Source of the DNA: Octopus bimaculoides
Lineage: Eukaryota
NCBI RefSeq assembly: GCF_001194135.2
Contig: NC_068981.1
Location: forward strand, 184,255,418-184,319,417
Direction: 5' to 3'
DNA: 64,000 nucleotides
Position numbers and translations under genes: made by a program. Shown piece by piece: positions 47,365 to 60,699 of the stretch (its first letter is position 1; every line of letters begins with the position of its first letter). The notes under the pieces are model-generated. The model did not search any database. It saw only the letters and a list, made by a program, of their open reading frames with translations, and was not told where the DNA came from.

Positions 47365-49807
47365 CACAGATTTGCTTGTCATTTGTTTGACCTTTGCCAG
47401 TTGAGCATGTCCCTTTGTGGCTGACGATATGTGCATCTCTGATCACGAGCAGAAGTAGTGGAGGCGCATCATAGCTATGTTTTGAAAGGAATTTTGGCGA
47501 TTTGGATAATTCATCTCTGTAAACATGGGTGTTTCGTTCAACATCTTTAGACAAGACTTATTCAGGGACCATTTGAGCCTGATGAGCTACTTGACCTGAA
47601 GAAAGTTCTAACTGGACCCCCACCTACAAGGCCATGCACTGTTAATGTTGATATGAGATCACAATTTTGGGCACATAGGGTTGTGATGCATGTGCCTAGT
47701 GCACTCTTATCAGACGGGTAGTCATGATGGAGAAACTGGGCTTCGTATATTTTACCCGTGTCACTTTGATGGTATGCACAGTAATCTCAATAATAATAAT
47801 AATCATCATCATCATCATCATTTAACGTCTGCCTTCCATGCTAGCATGGGTTGGACGATTTGACTGAGGACTGGTGAACCAGATGGCTACACCAGGCTCC
47901 AATCTGATTTGGCAGAATCCTTTCTACTTTAGGCATAAAGCCTGGATTTTGTGGGGATGGGGACAGTCGATCACATCGACCCCAGTACTCAACTGGTACA
48001 TAATTTATCAACCCCCAAAAGGATGAAAGGCAAAGTTGACCTCAGCGGAACTTGAACTCAGACCATAGCAACAAGTGAAATACTGTTAAGCATTTCATCC
48101 AGTGCGCTCATGATTCTGCCACCTCACCGATCCTTTCAACTATAGGCACAAGGTCTGAAATTTGGAAGAAGAAGAAGTCAGTTGATTATATCAACTCCAG
48201 TATGCAACTGGTATTTATTTCATCAAACTAGAAAGGAATAAAAAGCAAAGTCAGCTTCGGTGGAATTTGAACTCAGAACTTAAAGACAGATGAAATGCCG
48301 CTAAGCATTTTGTCCGGTGTGCTAACAAATTTATATAAGGTGTCCAAATAACCCTTTCGTCATCACCATTTTACGTCTCTATTTTTTTCCATGTCTGCAT
48401 CTTCTACCATGTTTGTGTGGTTCAGCTTCCCGAGATTATCTTCCACCATTTCCTCTGTCATCCTCTTCCAAAGGTGTCTACCTTTTGCTTTGCTGACCAT
48501 CACATGGTCAGTCTTTTCTCTTGCAAACCATATCTGATTCCTCTTACACACTGTTCTTCTCTGACTCATTTGTGATCAGTCTCTGAAGAAACCCCAGCAC
48601 ATAACTGAAACTAGAACCAGATAATCCCTCTTTTCCTGCCTACGTAGACAGTGCTGGTTAAAATTAACAGACAGAGTGTGCAGTACAATATAGCATTATA
48701 AAAATTAACACACTCACACTATTATAGATATAGAGAGAAAGGAGGGAGGAAAAGAGAATAGTGTGTGTGTATCTATCTATCTGTGTGTGTGTGTGTGTGT
48801 GTCTCTCTCTCTCTTTTAAATTTGTTAACGGGAAACGCCATCTGATGATGCTGGCTGGGGAACCAGTAGGTGTGGCATATATATATATCACATCTACATA
48901 CTCCGTATATGTAGATACATACATTGTAATATACAGATTCTATGTGCATACGTACTAGCACACAAACACACACACCAAATAATTACATAAGCAAGCGTAC
49001 AAATACAAGCATGTGTGTGTGTATGTGTGTAATTTCAAAATGTCAGAAAAATGGAAATGGACAACATAAAAAGGAAATAAAAACTGAATGAAGAATTAAG
49101 GTATATTAATCACGGATATACATATTACTCATGAATATTTAATAGGAACATGTAGTTTAATAAATTCCACTGCCACAAACTTGGCTTGTGCTAAAGCAGT
49201 ATTATTCAAGTTTTGTATTAAAATGTCATTTCTATTCTATCAACTTGAAGAAATTAGGAAAGTAAAAGTAAACGAAATAATTTTTATGCTCAATGCTATT
49301 AATCTGTCTTAAACCTTTTGAAACCAACCCGCCTGAGACAGACCTTGGTTCGATGATACAGTCAAATGCATAGCAGACTTTAAAATAAGATATACAAACA
49401 TACATTTAATATTTATATATATATATATATATATATATAAAGATCACACAAAAAATACAATATATATTTGTGTATATGTGCATTATAAAGATCACAAATT
49501 AATACACCGGCATCTCAAAGGTAAACTCATCTTGTTATGGTGTTTCATCAGTGTGGACACTTGTACGATGTCAAAACGGGTTACATAATTAAAAACTGCA
49601 CAATGCATGTCTACTGAATACTAGACTAAATATTATTTCTATGCATCAAATATAATCGAAACATCACCACATTATTTTGCTTCCAGGAAAAAAAAACCTT
49701 TCAAAATTACGATGTCTATTTACCTTTGAGATGTGTGTGTGTGTGTATGATGCAGTTAAATATGTCCGGTCATAGAGTGACCAATGGTTTTCTCTCTCTC
49801 TCTCTAT

Positions 49808-49842
<35 letters not shown>

Positions 49843-51317
49843 ATATATATAAAAACACTTACATATAGACACATATACGTGCACACAAACATATATATAN
49901 NNNNNNNNNNNNNNNNNNNNNNNNNNNNNNNNNNNNNNNNNNNNNNNNNNNNNNNNNNNNNNNNNNNNNNNNNNNNNNNNNNNNNNNNNNNNNNNNNNNN
50001 NNNNNNNNNNNNNNNNNNNNNNNNNNNNNNNNNNNNNNNNNNNNNNNNNNNNNNNNNNNNNNNNNNNNNNNNNNNNNNNNNNNNNNNNNNTACATACATA
50101 CATACATTCATATTTTAAGCACTATTTTCCTGTTTATACATGTTTGTGTGTAAAACTACAAACATAAAAAAAAACCACTGCATGCATATATTTTATAGAA
50201 ACTGTCAACATGTAACCCGCCAACGGGTTGTAATGTAAAACCACTGTGAAGATTAATTTATCTAACATTGATAATGATAGAAGACAAATTTAACCTCATC
50301 TCAAATTTTACCGCATTGCCGATAGTAAACAACAATAATGTTAATAACAGTTGAATTATTATAAATCAATTCATAACATGCAATGATATTCCAAATTATA
50401 ATACTTACTTTTATAGTTCTCTTGATGAATTTCATTAAATAAATTCATTGAAGTTATCAAAATAAGGCAATGTTAGTGATATTTGTTTCCGTTATCTTCA
50501 GTGACGTTTGAGAGATAAAAAAAAAGCTCACAGGTTTGAATAATGAACATCTCACCGGTTAAATAATGCCTCTTTCTTTTTTGTTTGTGAGTGTTTTCAA
50601 TGCTATAAAAATATAGTAGTCATGTTTTCTATGTGTACCGCGATGAGAAGTCTCTCAATCGTAAACAGTCACAACAATTCTCCGTCCACACGCACCTGCC
50701 AACTGTCCCTTCATCTGAACTTATGTAACAGTAACGACTTAATTACTTCCCTTGATATATATACTCTACTTCATTGCCTTCGTATCATGACGGAAATAGC
50801 AGACAAAAATGTATATGGTTCAACAAAACCAATAAACTAGCTACTAGATATGTTAGAAATAACAGCCAAATTTTCCTCAAAGAATACAAGCATCCCCACC
50901 GCGTTATGGAAGCTTCACGTTCCCCTAAACCTCGAAATAGCTTTTCGGAACGTGAAACATATTTTGCAACTGAAATATATGTTAACAGAAGTGAATATGT
51001 AAATAGGCTTGCCTAATTTTTTCAATAATCTTTTCTGCTGTAAGCACAAGGCCCAAAATTTTGGGGGAGGGGGGCAGTCAATTACATCGACCCTAATACG
51101 CAACTAGTACTTAGTTTATCGACCCCGAAAGGATGAAAGACAAAGTCGACCTCGGCGGAATTTGAACTCGGAACGTAAAGACAGACGAAATATCGCTAAG
51201 CATTTCGCCCGGCGTGCTAACGTTTCTGCCAATGTTTTCAAGGATGCGACGTTTCTGTAAAGCAGAGGAAGCTTATAGTTGTAAATATATAAGTCTTTTA
51301 TCTTGCTATTGGATTCA

Positions 51318-51600
51318 GTGAGTCATTAAAGTCGCTGAGTTGGACGCAGTGCTGAAGGGAGTGAATTTGGCCTTGAAATGGGGGCTGTGCACCATCAAAA
51401 TCTGGATGGATTCAGCCCCCATGTTTGGCTGGGTAAGACCGGTGATCACTGATGAGAAGAGGGTGCCAACCAAAGGGGCTGCAGAAATGTTAGTGAAGTG
51501 CTGCCTAGGGGTTCTGAGAGAGCTGATTGGCAAGTTCAGCCTGAAGTTGAATGTGGTCTTTGTGCCTTCAGAGAGAAACAAGACAGACGTTCTAACCTTG
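51318..51600 (+). mobile_element. Gypsy/Ty3 LTR-retrotransposon RNase H fragment
   Basis: AELDAVLKGVNLALKWGL...DSA.MFGWVRPVITDEKRVPTKGAAEMLVKCCLGVLRELIGKFSLKLNVVFVPSERNKTDVLT; RNase H acidic residues and the NxADxLT-like end. Confidence 0.75.
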
Positions 51601-54600
51601 CTTCAATTCTTCCAGTTCCCCTAACCAGGCTTTTTTCACTTCTCAGTGTTGCTATGACAAGAACTTCACTGACATTACAGGGACATTTTTCCCTATCACA
51701 TCTTGATTCACACTGACCCTCCTTTGCAATCTGGAATACAACACACCTTTGATCCTCTCATCGTAAAACATTTAAAACTTATTTTCTTTCCTTTCTGTGG
51801 TAAGTATACATAACACCTGGCTTCACTTCTGGCTACCTTATATTATTTCCATGTCAAATCAAACTGGAACCTGGTGCAGCTCTCTGACTTACCAGTTCTA
51901 GTCAAACCAGCTAACTCATGCCAGGATGGAGATTGGAGGTTAAATGGTAATGTTCTTTTGTTTATTCCATACTTTGCAAGCTTGTCTTTTAACGTTTATA
52001 GCTCTATTAACTCTACCAATCTATGACAATACCATTTTCTTCCTGGCACCTTGCTACAGATCTGCTCAGTGGCTTGCAGCAGGCTGTCTCATAGAAATTC
52101 TGAGTCATCCTCCATGTTACTCCTCGTCTTTCTCCACGTACACATCACTTCAAACTTCTCTGAACCTATGCCGAGTAGACTGCCAGCTTTCATATCTTAT
52201 TTCTCTAGATTGTCTTCTGTTTCCAGAATTATCAAACACTTACTCTAAAATCACTCATCACTCATTTATATTTAGTGGAACATTTTTCACTGAGGAAAGA
52301 CTTTGTATTCACAACCACCTCTCAATATTGACACCAGTTTATACATCAGCACAGAACAAAACCTAAAGTTTATCTCATTTCTCTAACTTCAGTCATAATG
52401 GATACTCCCAATTTGTTTAGCTTCCATCTCTATCTTTCCATTACATATTCAAATTGACTTTGAATGAACCATTTCATTGCATTTTCCCATCATGTATGCA
52501 GTTTGATTTTGATTTGAGCTTGTACCATATTGCTTAGGGTTTTATCAACCATGTATCATGTGGGTGTTGTTGTTGTTGTTGGCTGCTGTGGTAGCTGGTT
52601 GAGTTGATGAAGGAAAATATCTTTCTTGTACAGTGTAGAAGTAACTGAACAACACCGGGAAACATTTAACAAGAGATTTTATTATCGTGCTTAATGACAA
52701 GCTGCGTCAATCTTTTAATGATCACAAGTGGAATAATTTACATACTGAGAGACAGACACTGCTTGGAGTTTATGGCAAGCTACTGGATATGGCAACATGT
52801 AGCTTGTCCAACATAACTGGAAACTATTGTGCTATATTTGTAATGATAGAGGTTTCCATCATCTATCTGTACCATCTGTCTTAGCTGCCCTTAGCTGCAC
52901 ATTGAACGGTTTTTATAGGGGATTGGTAGTCAAATTCTAGAGTGTTTGAGAAAACCTATCCATGCCATTGCTTCTCACCAAGTGGTCAGTTAATAGATTG
53001 ATCTCATGAAACTATGGTGGTTTAAGTGTGATGTTTGACCATGTGTCCAGGGATTTCATCTTCATCATCGTTGTTTAACGTCCACTTTCCATGCTAGCAT
53101 GGGTTGGACGATTTGACTGAGGACTGGTGAACCGGATGGCTGCACCAGGCTCCAATCTGATCTGGCAGAGTTTCTACAGCTGAATGCCTTTCCTAATGCC
53201 AACCACTCAGAGAGTGCAGTCCAACCACTCCACGCATGGATTAAAGACCAGCCTTAACTTTAATTTTGACTAATCAGTGATTGTTATTCAGATGCATTTG
53301 TGAGTTTTCCGGGCCTCTGATTTATTTAAAAGGACACAATTTTTTTCCAGTTCAGAGACAAATTTAGCTTCACTTAATTAACCCACTCGATCTTATGATA
53401 CTCCACTAATATTTGGACATATACACATAATGACAAAGCATAACACAAATGTTGTCTAATTTGCTTAACAGTACAGTCCTTGGAGGGCGTACCCTAGCAC
53501 AGCCATAGTCAAGTGCATGAAACCAGAATAGGTACAGCTATGTGGTTAAAAAGTCTGCTTCATTTCAGGTTTGATAGCATCTTGGGAAAGAGTGTTCAAC
53601 TATATTCCAGGATGACCGATCAATGACTTGTGGGTAAATTTGGTGGACAGAAACAGTGTGGAAGCACCTGTATGGCTGCAAAGAAAGAAAAGCACCTGCA
53701 CTTATTGGTTGCATGTATGTACATACATACGTATGTATGTATAGATGGATGGATGGATGGATGGATGGATGGATGGATGTTTGTGTGTGTGTGTATGCAC
53801 GTGCGTTTGTCTCTTCCTAACTTGTCTTTACATGACACCACTTGACAACCAGTGTTTGTTTCTTTATGTCCCCATGGCAAAACAAAGACAATTAGAATAA
53901 ATACCAGGTTTTAGAAATGAGTACTCGGGTCAGTTTGATTCACTAAAATCTTTCAAAGAGGAAGGGGACAGCTTGGTTGCAGTCCAGTGATTGAAGCCAG
54001 TAAAAGAGTCAGATTGAGTAAAAAAATAAAAATAATGAGAGAGAGAGAGGGAGGGAGAGAACGTGTGAAGAAGGGAATCTTCCAAATATAGTTATCAAGA
54101 TTATGAACCAAATCCATTTGAAGCCTGTTACCAAACATAACTTCCAGCACCCTTGATTTCATTTTCAAAAAGAGGGTGGAAAAGATGCTCCACATTTATT
54201 ATATTGTAAACATTCACTCCTCTCAAATTACATTATGAATGAAGTGGGGAAAATTAGAAATGTGCCGGTCACTAAGTCTAAATATGCCATCTGACCTCAT
54301 TTTCAGACAGTCAGCAGCTGTACCAACAAATAGGCTGATCTTCCAACCGAATTCTGATATTAGCAATGATAGATGACATTCTTAACATTTTCAGTTGGAA
54401 TAGCTGACTAAATCATGACTAAAGTAAGCAGAAGGTCCGGAGGAAATGATCATTTGAATTGGTAATTGGTTAATATAAACCACATGGTAAAGTCATTTGC
54501 ATAATATTAAACTGAAATCCTCCCTCATTTTCGAAACATATGGCTAGCAACCCATCTCAAGCCTGTTTCAAGAAATTTTAATCAATACAAATTACAGCTG

Positions 54601-55963
54601 TGGTGAATGAAAAGAGAATTATTAGTTTAAGGATTAGTTCTGAACAAAAGAGGCAGAGGAGGTAACTCTGACATTTCAATTGCTATATTCAATATTATAT
54701 AAGATGTATATTTTTATTGAAAGAAAATGTTTCAGAAAAATCATCCCAGGTATTATATTCTATGTTTGGTTTCCCATAAGCCAATTTTGTCTGGAAAAAA
54801 AATCACCCTGGGTCCTAATGCAAAGTTGGATCTTCCATAAACTAATTTTGTCCTTGACTCTCATTTTTACATGAATATGTGTTGTTGAAATTGAGATTAG
54901 TCTAATGTGCCCAGGAGTCAAATACAGCAATATTTATTGGTTTTAAATTTTGGCACAAGGCCAGCCATTTAGAAGGATGTAAAAACGAAATGACGCTCAG
55001 CATTTAGCCTGGTGTGCTAACAACTCCGCCAGCTCGCCACCTTCGTCAAATGCGGTAATATTGGTTTCAAATTTTGGCACAAGGCCAGCAATTTCATGGG
55101 AGATGGACAAGTCAATTACATAAACTCTAGTGTTCAACTGGTACTTATTTTATTGATCTTGAAATGATGAAAGGCAAAGTCGACCTCGGTGGAATTTGAA
55201 CTCAGATTGTAAAGACATGAAATACGGCTAAGCATTTAGGTTGGCATGTTAACAATTCTGCCAGCTTGCTATCTTAATCAAATACAATAATATTTTCTTC
55301 TACTCTAGGCAGAAGACCTGAAATTTTGGGGGAGCAGCCGATTAGATCGACTTCAGTACACAACTGGTACTTAATTTATCAACCCCGAAATCATGAAAGG
55401 CAAAGTCGACCTCGGTGGAATTTGAACTCAGAACGTAAAGATAGATGAAATATTGCTAAGCATTTCGCCTGGCGTGCTAACGTTTCTGCCAGCTCACCGC
55501 CTTCAAATATAATAATATTCTTTTCTATACTAGGCACAAGGCCCAAAATTTTTGGGGAGGGGGGGTAGGCAGTTGATTAGATCGACCCCCCAATACACAA
55601 CTGGTACTTAATTTATCGACCCCCAAAAGGATGAAAGGCAAAGTCGACTTCGGGGTAATTTGAACTCAGAACGTAAAGACAGATGAAATACTGCTAAGCA
55701 TTTAACNNNNNNNNNNNNNNNNNNNNNNNNNNNNNNNNNNNNNNNNNNNNNNNNNNNNNNNNNNNNNNNNNNNNNNNNNNNNNNNNNNNNNNNNNNNNNN
55801 NNNNNNNNNNNNNNNNNNNNNNNNNNNNNNNNNNNNNNNNNNNNNNNNNNNNNNNNNNNNNNNNNNNNNNNNNNNNNNNNNNNNNNNNNNNNNNNNNNNN
55901 NNNNNNNNNNNNNNNNNNNNNNNNNNNNNNNNNNNNNNNNNNNNNNNNNNNNNNNNNNNNNNN

Positions 55964-56290
55964 CAGCACATTTCCAAAGGTCTCGGTCAGTAGTCATCGC
56001 CTCGGTGAGGCCCAATGTACGAAGGTCTTGCCTCACCACCTCAGCCCAGGTCTTCCTGGGCCTACCTCTTCCACGGGTTCCCTCAACTGTTAGGGTGTGG
56101 CACTTTTTCACGCAGCTATCCTCCTCCATTCTCACCACATGTCCATACCAGCGCAATCGTCTCTCTTGCACGCCACAACTGATGCTTCTAATGTTCAGCT
56201 TTTCTCTCAAGATACTTACACTCTGACGGGTATTCACATTGACATTACACATCCAACGGAGCATACTGGCTTCATTCCTTGCGAGCTTAC
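55964..56290 (-). mobile_element. Young RTE LINE 3' fragment
   Basis: Uninterrupted MLRWMCNVNVNTRQSVSILREKLNIRSISCGVQERRLRWYGHVVRMEEDSCVKKCHTLTVEGTRGRGRPRKTWAEVVRQDLRTLGLTEAMTTDRDLWKCA running into an N gap. Confidence 0.9.
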
Positions 56291-57354
56291 GTATGTCATG
56301 ATGTGATTGTTTATTTTTAAAATGTCAATGTAGGTTAGATGTGAGAGGCTAGATTTGATCAGTTTGAATATGAAATATGTAGAATATTTGTGCCAGATAT
56401 GAAAGGGGTAATACAAGTCATACACCTCAAAATAAAAATAAAATGATTGATGCAGAGCTAGGTTAGAAAAGCTGTAAAGAGCTTTTGTACCAACATAAAG
56501 GTGATTGTTCTTTTCTACATTCCAGCAAGGAAGCCTCTATGTGATTGCTGAATCTGCTAGAAATTGTAGTCAAACCCACATTAAATGACATCCTAACTGG
56601 CTTTAAAAAGGCGAAGCATATTGGGTAATGAAGTTCTAAATAGCCACTAAATATAGAGGATGGTTGTAGCTGGAATACTTCTGGTTAGTCAAGTTGGTTA
56701 ATCAAAAGTTTGGTTAGTCAAGTTGATCTAGTGCTAAACAACAACAACATCCTACCATGTGACTCTTGAGGGCAGTTTTATTAAGGAGAACCTAAACCTA
56801 ATAGATGTGTACAAATTAGAGGAGATAGGGCAGTGAGCTGGCAGAATCATTAGCACGCCGGGCAAAATGCTTAGCGGTATTTCATCTGCTGTTATGTTCC
56901 GAGTTCAAATTCCACTGAGGTCAACTTTGCCATTCATTCTTTCGGGGTCGATTAAATAAGTACCAGTTATGCACTGGGGTCGATGTAATCAACTTAATCC
57001 CTTTGTCTATCCTTGTTTGTCCCCTCTATGTTTAGCCCCCTGTGGGCAATAAAGAAATAAATTAAAGGAGACTGATTGGAGCAGGGGCTAAGGAGCTTGC
57101 TAAAAGATGGTTTAACATTTGGATGTGTATTGTAATAGGTTATTGTTCTTCTTGGTAAAGGCAGTGAACCGGCAGAATTGTTAGGATGCTGGACAAAATA
57201 CTTAGTGGCATTTTGTCTATCTTTAGGTTCTGAGTTCAAATTCCACTGAAGTTGAGTTTACCTTTCGTTTTTTTTTTTTTGGAGTTGAAATAAATACCAG
57301 TCAAGTAAGTGGATTTGGTAGACAGAAAGACAGAAACTGAGAGAAGACCGTTGC

Positions 57355-57380
57355 ATCGTGTGTGTGTGTATGTGTACATG

Positions 57381-57411
<31 letters not shown>

Positions 57412-57595
57412 ATGTGTATATATGTGTGTGTGTGTATATGCATATATGTGTGTGTGTATATATATGAGTGTGTGTGTATATGTATACATATGTATGTGTT
57501 TGTGTATATATATGTATGTATATGTGTGTGTATATATGTATGTGTGCATGTGTGTGTACATGTATATATATGCATATGTGTGTGTGAGAGAGAGA
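57355..57595. repeat. Compound (TA)/(TG) microsatellite inside SINE A
   Basis: Alternating purine-pyrimidine tract of about 240 bp. Other microsatellites: 6255-6310 (CT)n(CA)n, 53760-53800 (ATGG)n, 63205-63355. Confidence 0.95.
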
Positions 57596-58200
57596 GTGTT
57601 TATCCCCTACCACCACCACTACCATTTGACAACCGGTGTTGGTGTGTTTATGTCCCTGTAAGCTAGCAGGTCAGCAAAAGTGAGTAATAGAATATGTACC
57701 AGGTTTTAAAAAAATAAGTGCCGGGGTTGATTCATTCGACTAAAAATTCTTCAAGGTGGTGCCCCAGCATGACCACACTCCAATGACTGAAACCAGTAAA
57801 AACATAAAAGAATATTCCTATAGCCCCAACCTCTTCTCAAGACCCTTATAAAATCCTCTCTCCCACCCCCATCCTAAGGAATGGTACTGCCCACTTTGAG
57901 AAGCCCTGAATTTGAGTATTCAAGTAGACTGAAGCAATAATCAGTCCCAGGAGGAAATACTTTTTGCCAGAAGATTTATGGCAGATACTAGAAATGAAAT
58001 AAATTTTAAAAGCTGCTGAGACATAGGTGCAGGAGTGGCTTGTGGTAAGTAGCTTGCTTACCAACCACATGGTTCCGGGTTCAGTCCCACTGCGTGGCAC
58101 CTTGAGCAAGTGTCTTCTACTTTAGCCTCAGGCTGACCAAAGCCTTGTGAGTGGATTTGGTAGACGGAAACTGAAAGAAGCCCGACGTATATATATATAT

Positions 58201-59075
58201 NNNNNNNNNNNNNNNNNNNNNNNNNNNNNNNNNNNNNNNNNNNNNNNNNNNNNNNNNNNNNNNNNNNNNNNNNNNNNNNNNNNNNNNNNNNNNNNNNNNN
58301 NNNNNNNNNNNNNNNNNNNNNNNNNNNNNNNNNNNNNNNNNNNNNNNNNNNNNNNNNNNNNNNNNNNNNNNNNNNNNNNNNNNNNNNNNNNNNNNNNNNN
58401 NNNNNNNNNNNNNNNNNNNNNNNNNNNNNNNNNNNNNNNNNNNNNNNNNNNNNNNNNNNNNNNNNNNNNNNNNNNNNNNNNNNNNNNNNNNNNNNNNNNN
58501 NNNNNNNNNNNNNNNNNNNNNNNNNNNNNNNNNNNNNNNNNNNNNNNNNNNNNNNNNNNNNNNNNNNNNNNNNNNNNNNNNNNNNNNNNNNNNNNNNNNN
58601 NNNNNNNNNNNNNNNNNNNNNNNNNNNNNNNNNNNNNNNNNNNNNNNNNNNNNNNNNNNNNNNNNNNNNNNNNNNNNNNNNNNNNNNNNNNNNNNNNNNN
58701 NNNNNNNNNNNNNNNNNNNNNNNNNNNNNNNNNNNNNNNNNNNNNNNNNNNNNNNNNNNNNNNNNNNNNNNNNNNNNNNNNNNNNNNNNNNNNNNNNNNN
58801 NNNNNNNNNNNNNNNNNNNNNNNNNNNNNNNNNNNNNNNNNNNNNNNNNNNNNNNNNNNNNNNNNNNNNNNNNNNNNNNNNNNNNNNNNNNNNNNNNNNN
58901 NNNNNNNNNNNNNNNNNNNNNNNNNNNNNNNNNNNNNNNNNNNNNNNNNNNNNNNNNNNNNNNNNNNNNNNNNNNNNNNNNNNNNNNNNNNNNNNNNNNN
59001 NNNNNNNNNNNNNNNNNNNNNNNNNNNNNNNNNNNNNNNNNNNNNNNNNNNNNNNNNNNNNNNNNNNNNNNNNNN
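58201..59075. other. Assembly gap (largest of nine)
   Basis: N runs: 8251-8850, 9846-10040, 13972-14681, 41621-41989, 45172-45181, 49900-50090, 55707-55963, 58201-59075, 63246-63301. Confidence 1.
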
Positions 59076-59207
59076 TGAATTTCTTAATAAAGTCCTTTTC
59101 TTTGCATTTTCTTTCAATTTCATTCCGGTTGTAAAGTTTATGGAATGGAAATATAATAAAAGTTTGATGACCACATGTTGCTAGATGGTTACTCAGTGGT
59201 ATTTGGG

Positions 59208-59248
<41 letters not shown>

Positions 59249-60629
59249 TTGTGTGTCTGTGTTTGTCCCCCCACCATCGCTTGACAACCAATGCTGGTGT
59301 GTTTACATCCCCGTAACTTAGCGGTTCGGCAAAAAGAGACTGATAGAATAAGAACTAAGTTTACAAAGAATAAGTCCTGGGGTCAATTTGCTCGACAAAA
59401 AGCGGTGCTCCAGCATGGCCGCAGTCAAATGACTGAAACAAGTGAAAGAGTAAAGACTTATTTCAAGGAAACATTATTCCATTCATAAATATAAAACCTT
59501 GTGTGACTGATTCTGCTATCCCCATGATAGGTAGATATAAGGTGTTTGTTACTCAATATTCCATGTTAGGTATTTGGAGTAACTGAAGTTGATACTGATC
59601 ACTCGACATGGAATACACTTCTTTAGCATGTCACTGAAACAAGCTAAAATATTTCAAATTCTTTATGCACGCAGAAAGGTTTATCATCTTACTATGTGGT
59701 GTCAATGGATGCCAGGATAAGAAACTGCATGGGATCATCTGAATAGCCTGAATTTTATTACGACAGCAGTAATAACCTCTTTCTTGAGATATAAGATTAC
59801 AGTTTTCTCCTTGTAACTGTCAGTTCTGCTAATTAATCCTTTTGTTGCCCTATTGAAGTAGAGTAATTATTTTTTTTAAATTATGAAATATTTAGTAAAC
59901 CATTTGAGTTATTAGTATACTGGTGTTTGGAACATAAATTAAGGTGAAATAAATATCATAGATGCTTTGCCCTATACAGAAATTGTAGGAGTTACTCGAA
60001 GGTATTGTTAGCCCTTTTGAATCCATTGCAACGTTGGAAACCTCATTTTGAAGGAGGTTTTAATTTGCCATACACGGTAATATTATGGTGTTTTACTGAT
60101 ACTGCTATGGTAGTTGGTTGAGTTAATGAAAATATTTTTCTTGGCTGCATGAAGAAGTAACTGAACAACATCAATGAACATATAACAGAAGAATTTCTTG
60201 CTGCACATAAATACAAACTGTGTTTGCCATTTACAGTTAACAACAGCAATAATTACAGCCTGGGAGGGAGAGACTGCTTTGAGGTTATGGAAAGCTATTG
60301 GTATGTCAACTTGCAGTTTGCCCAACTGGAACTGATTGAGCTATGTTCATGGCAGCAGAGGTTCTTGGCCATCTGTTTGATCCATTAGTCTTGAGGCCTG
60401 GCCAACTCGAATTACAGAAAGTATTTTGAGGGCTGCTTGTATACTTTATGCACTAATAGACAAATAATCAAATTACAGAATCAAGAATTTTTCATTCTTT
60501 TCATTTGTTTAAAATTACAAATTGTAGGTTATTACTTTATTGCCACTTTTAATTTTTAAACTTATTTTGAAACAAATGTTTTACACAAACAATTTTATTT
60601 TGAAATTAAACACAATATTTCAAGAAATT

Positions 60630-60699
60630 ATCAAGCAGGCCACAAGATAAAAGTCTGCAGGCCACATGCAACCCGCAGGCCTCAGGTTGGCCAACCCTG
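60630..60699 (+). mobile_element. hAT-Charlie-type terminus
   Basis: gcaggccacatgcaacccgcaggcctcaggttggccaaccctg resembles Charlie-group termini. Confidence 0.4.

Noticed and set aside
54495-54502. Octamer motif ATTTGCAT (also at 11347-11354)
   Set aside because: Isolated 8-mers are expected by chance in 64 kb of AT-rich DNA; no snRNA gene or other context.
57236-57666. His/Thr/Tyr/Ile- or Val/Cys-rich ORFs
   Set aside because: Translations of (CA)/(TA) microsatellites.
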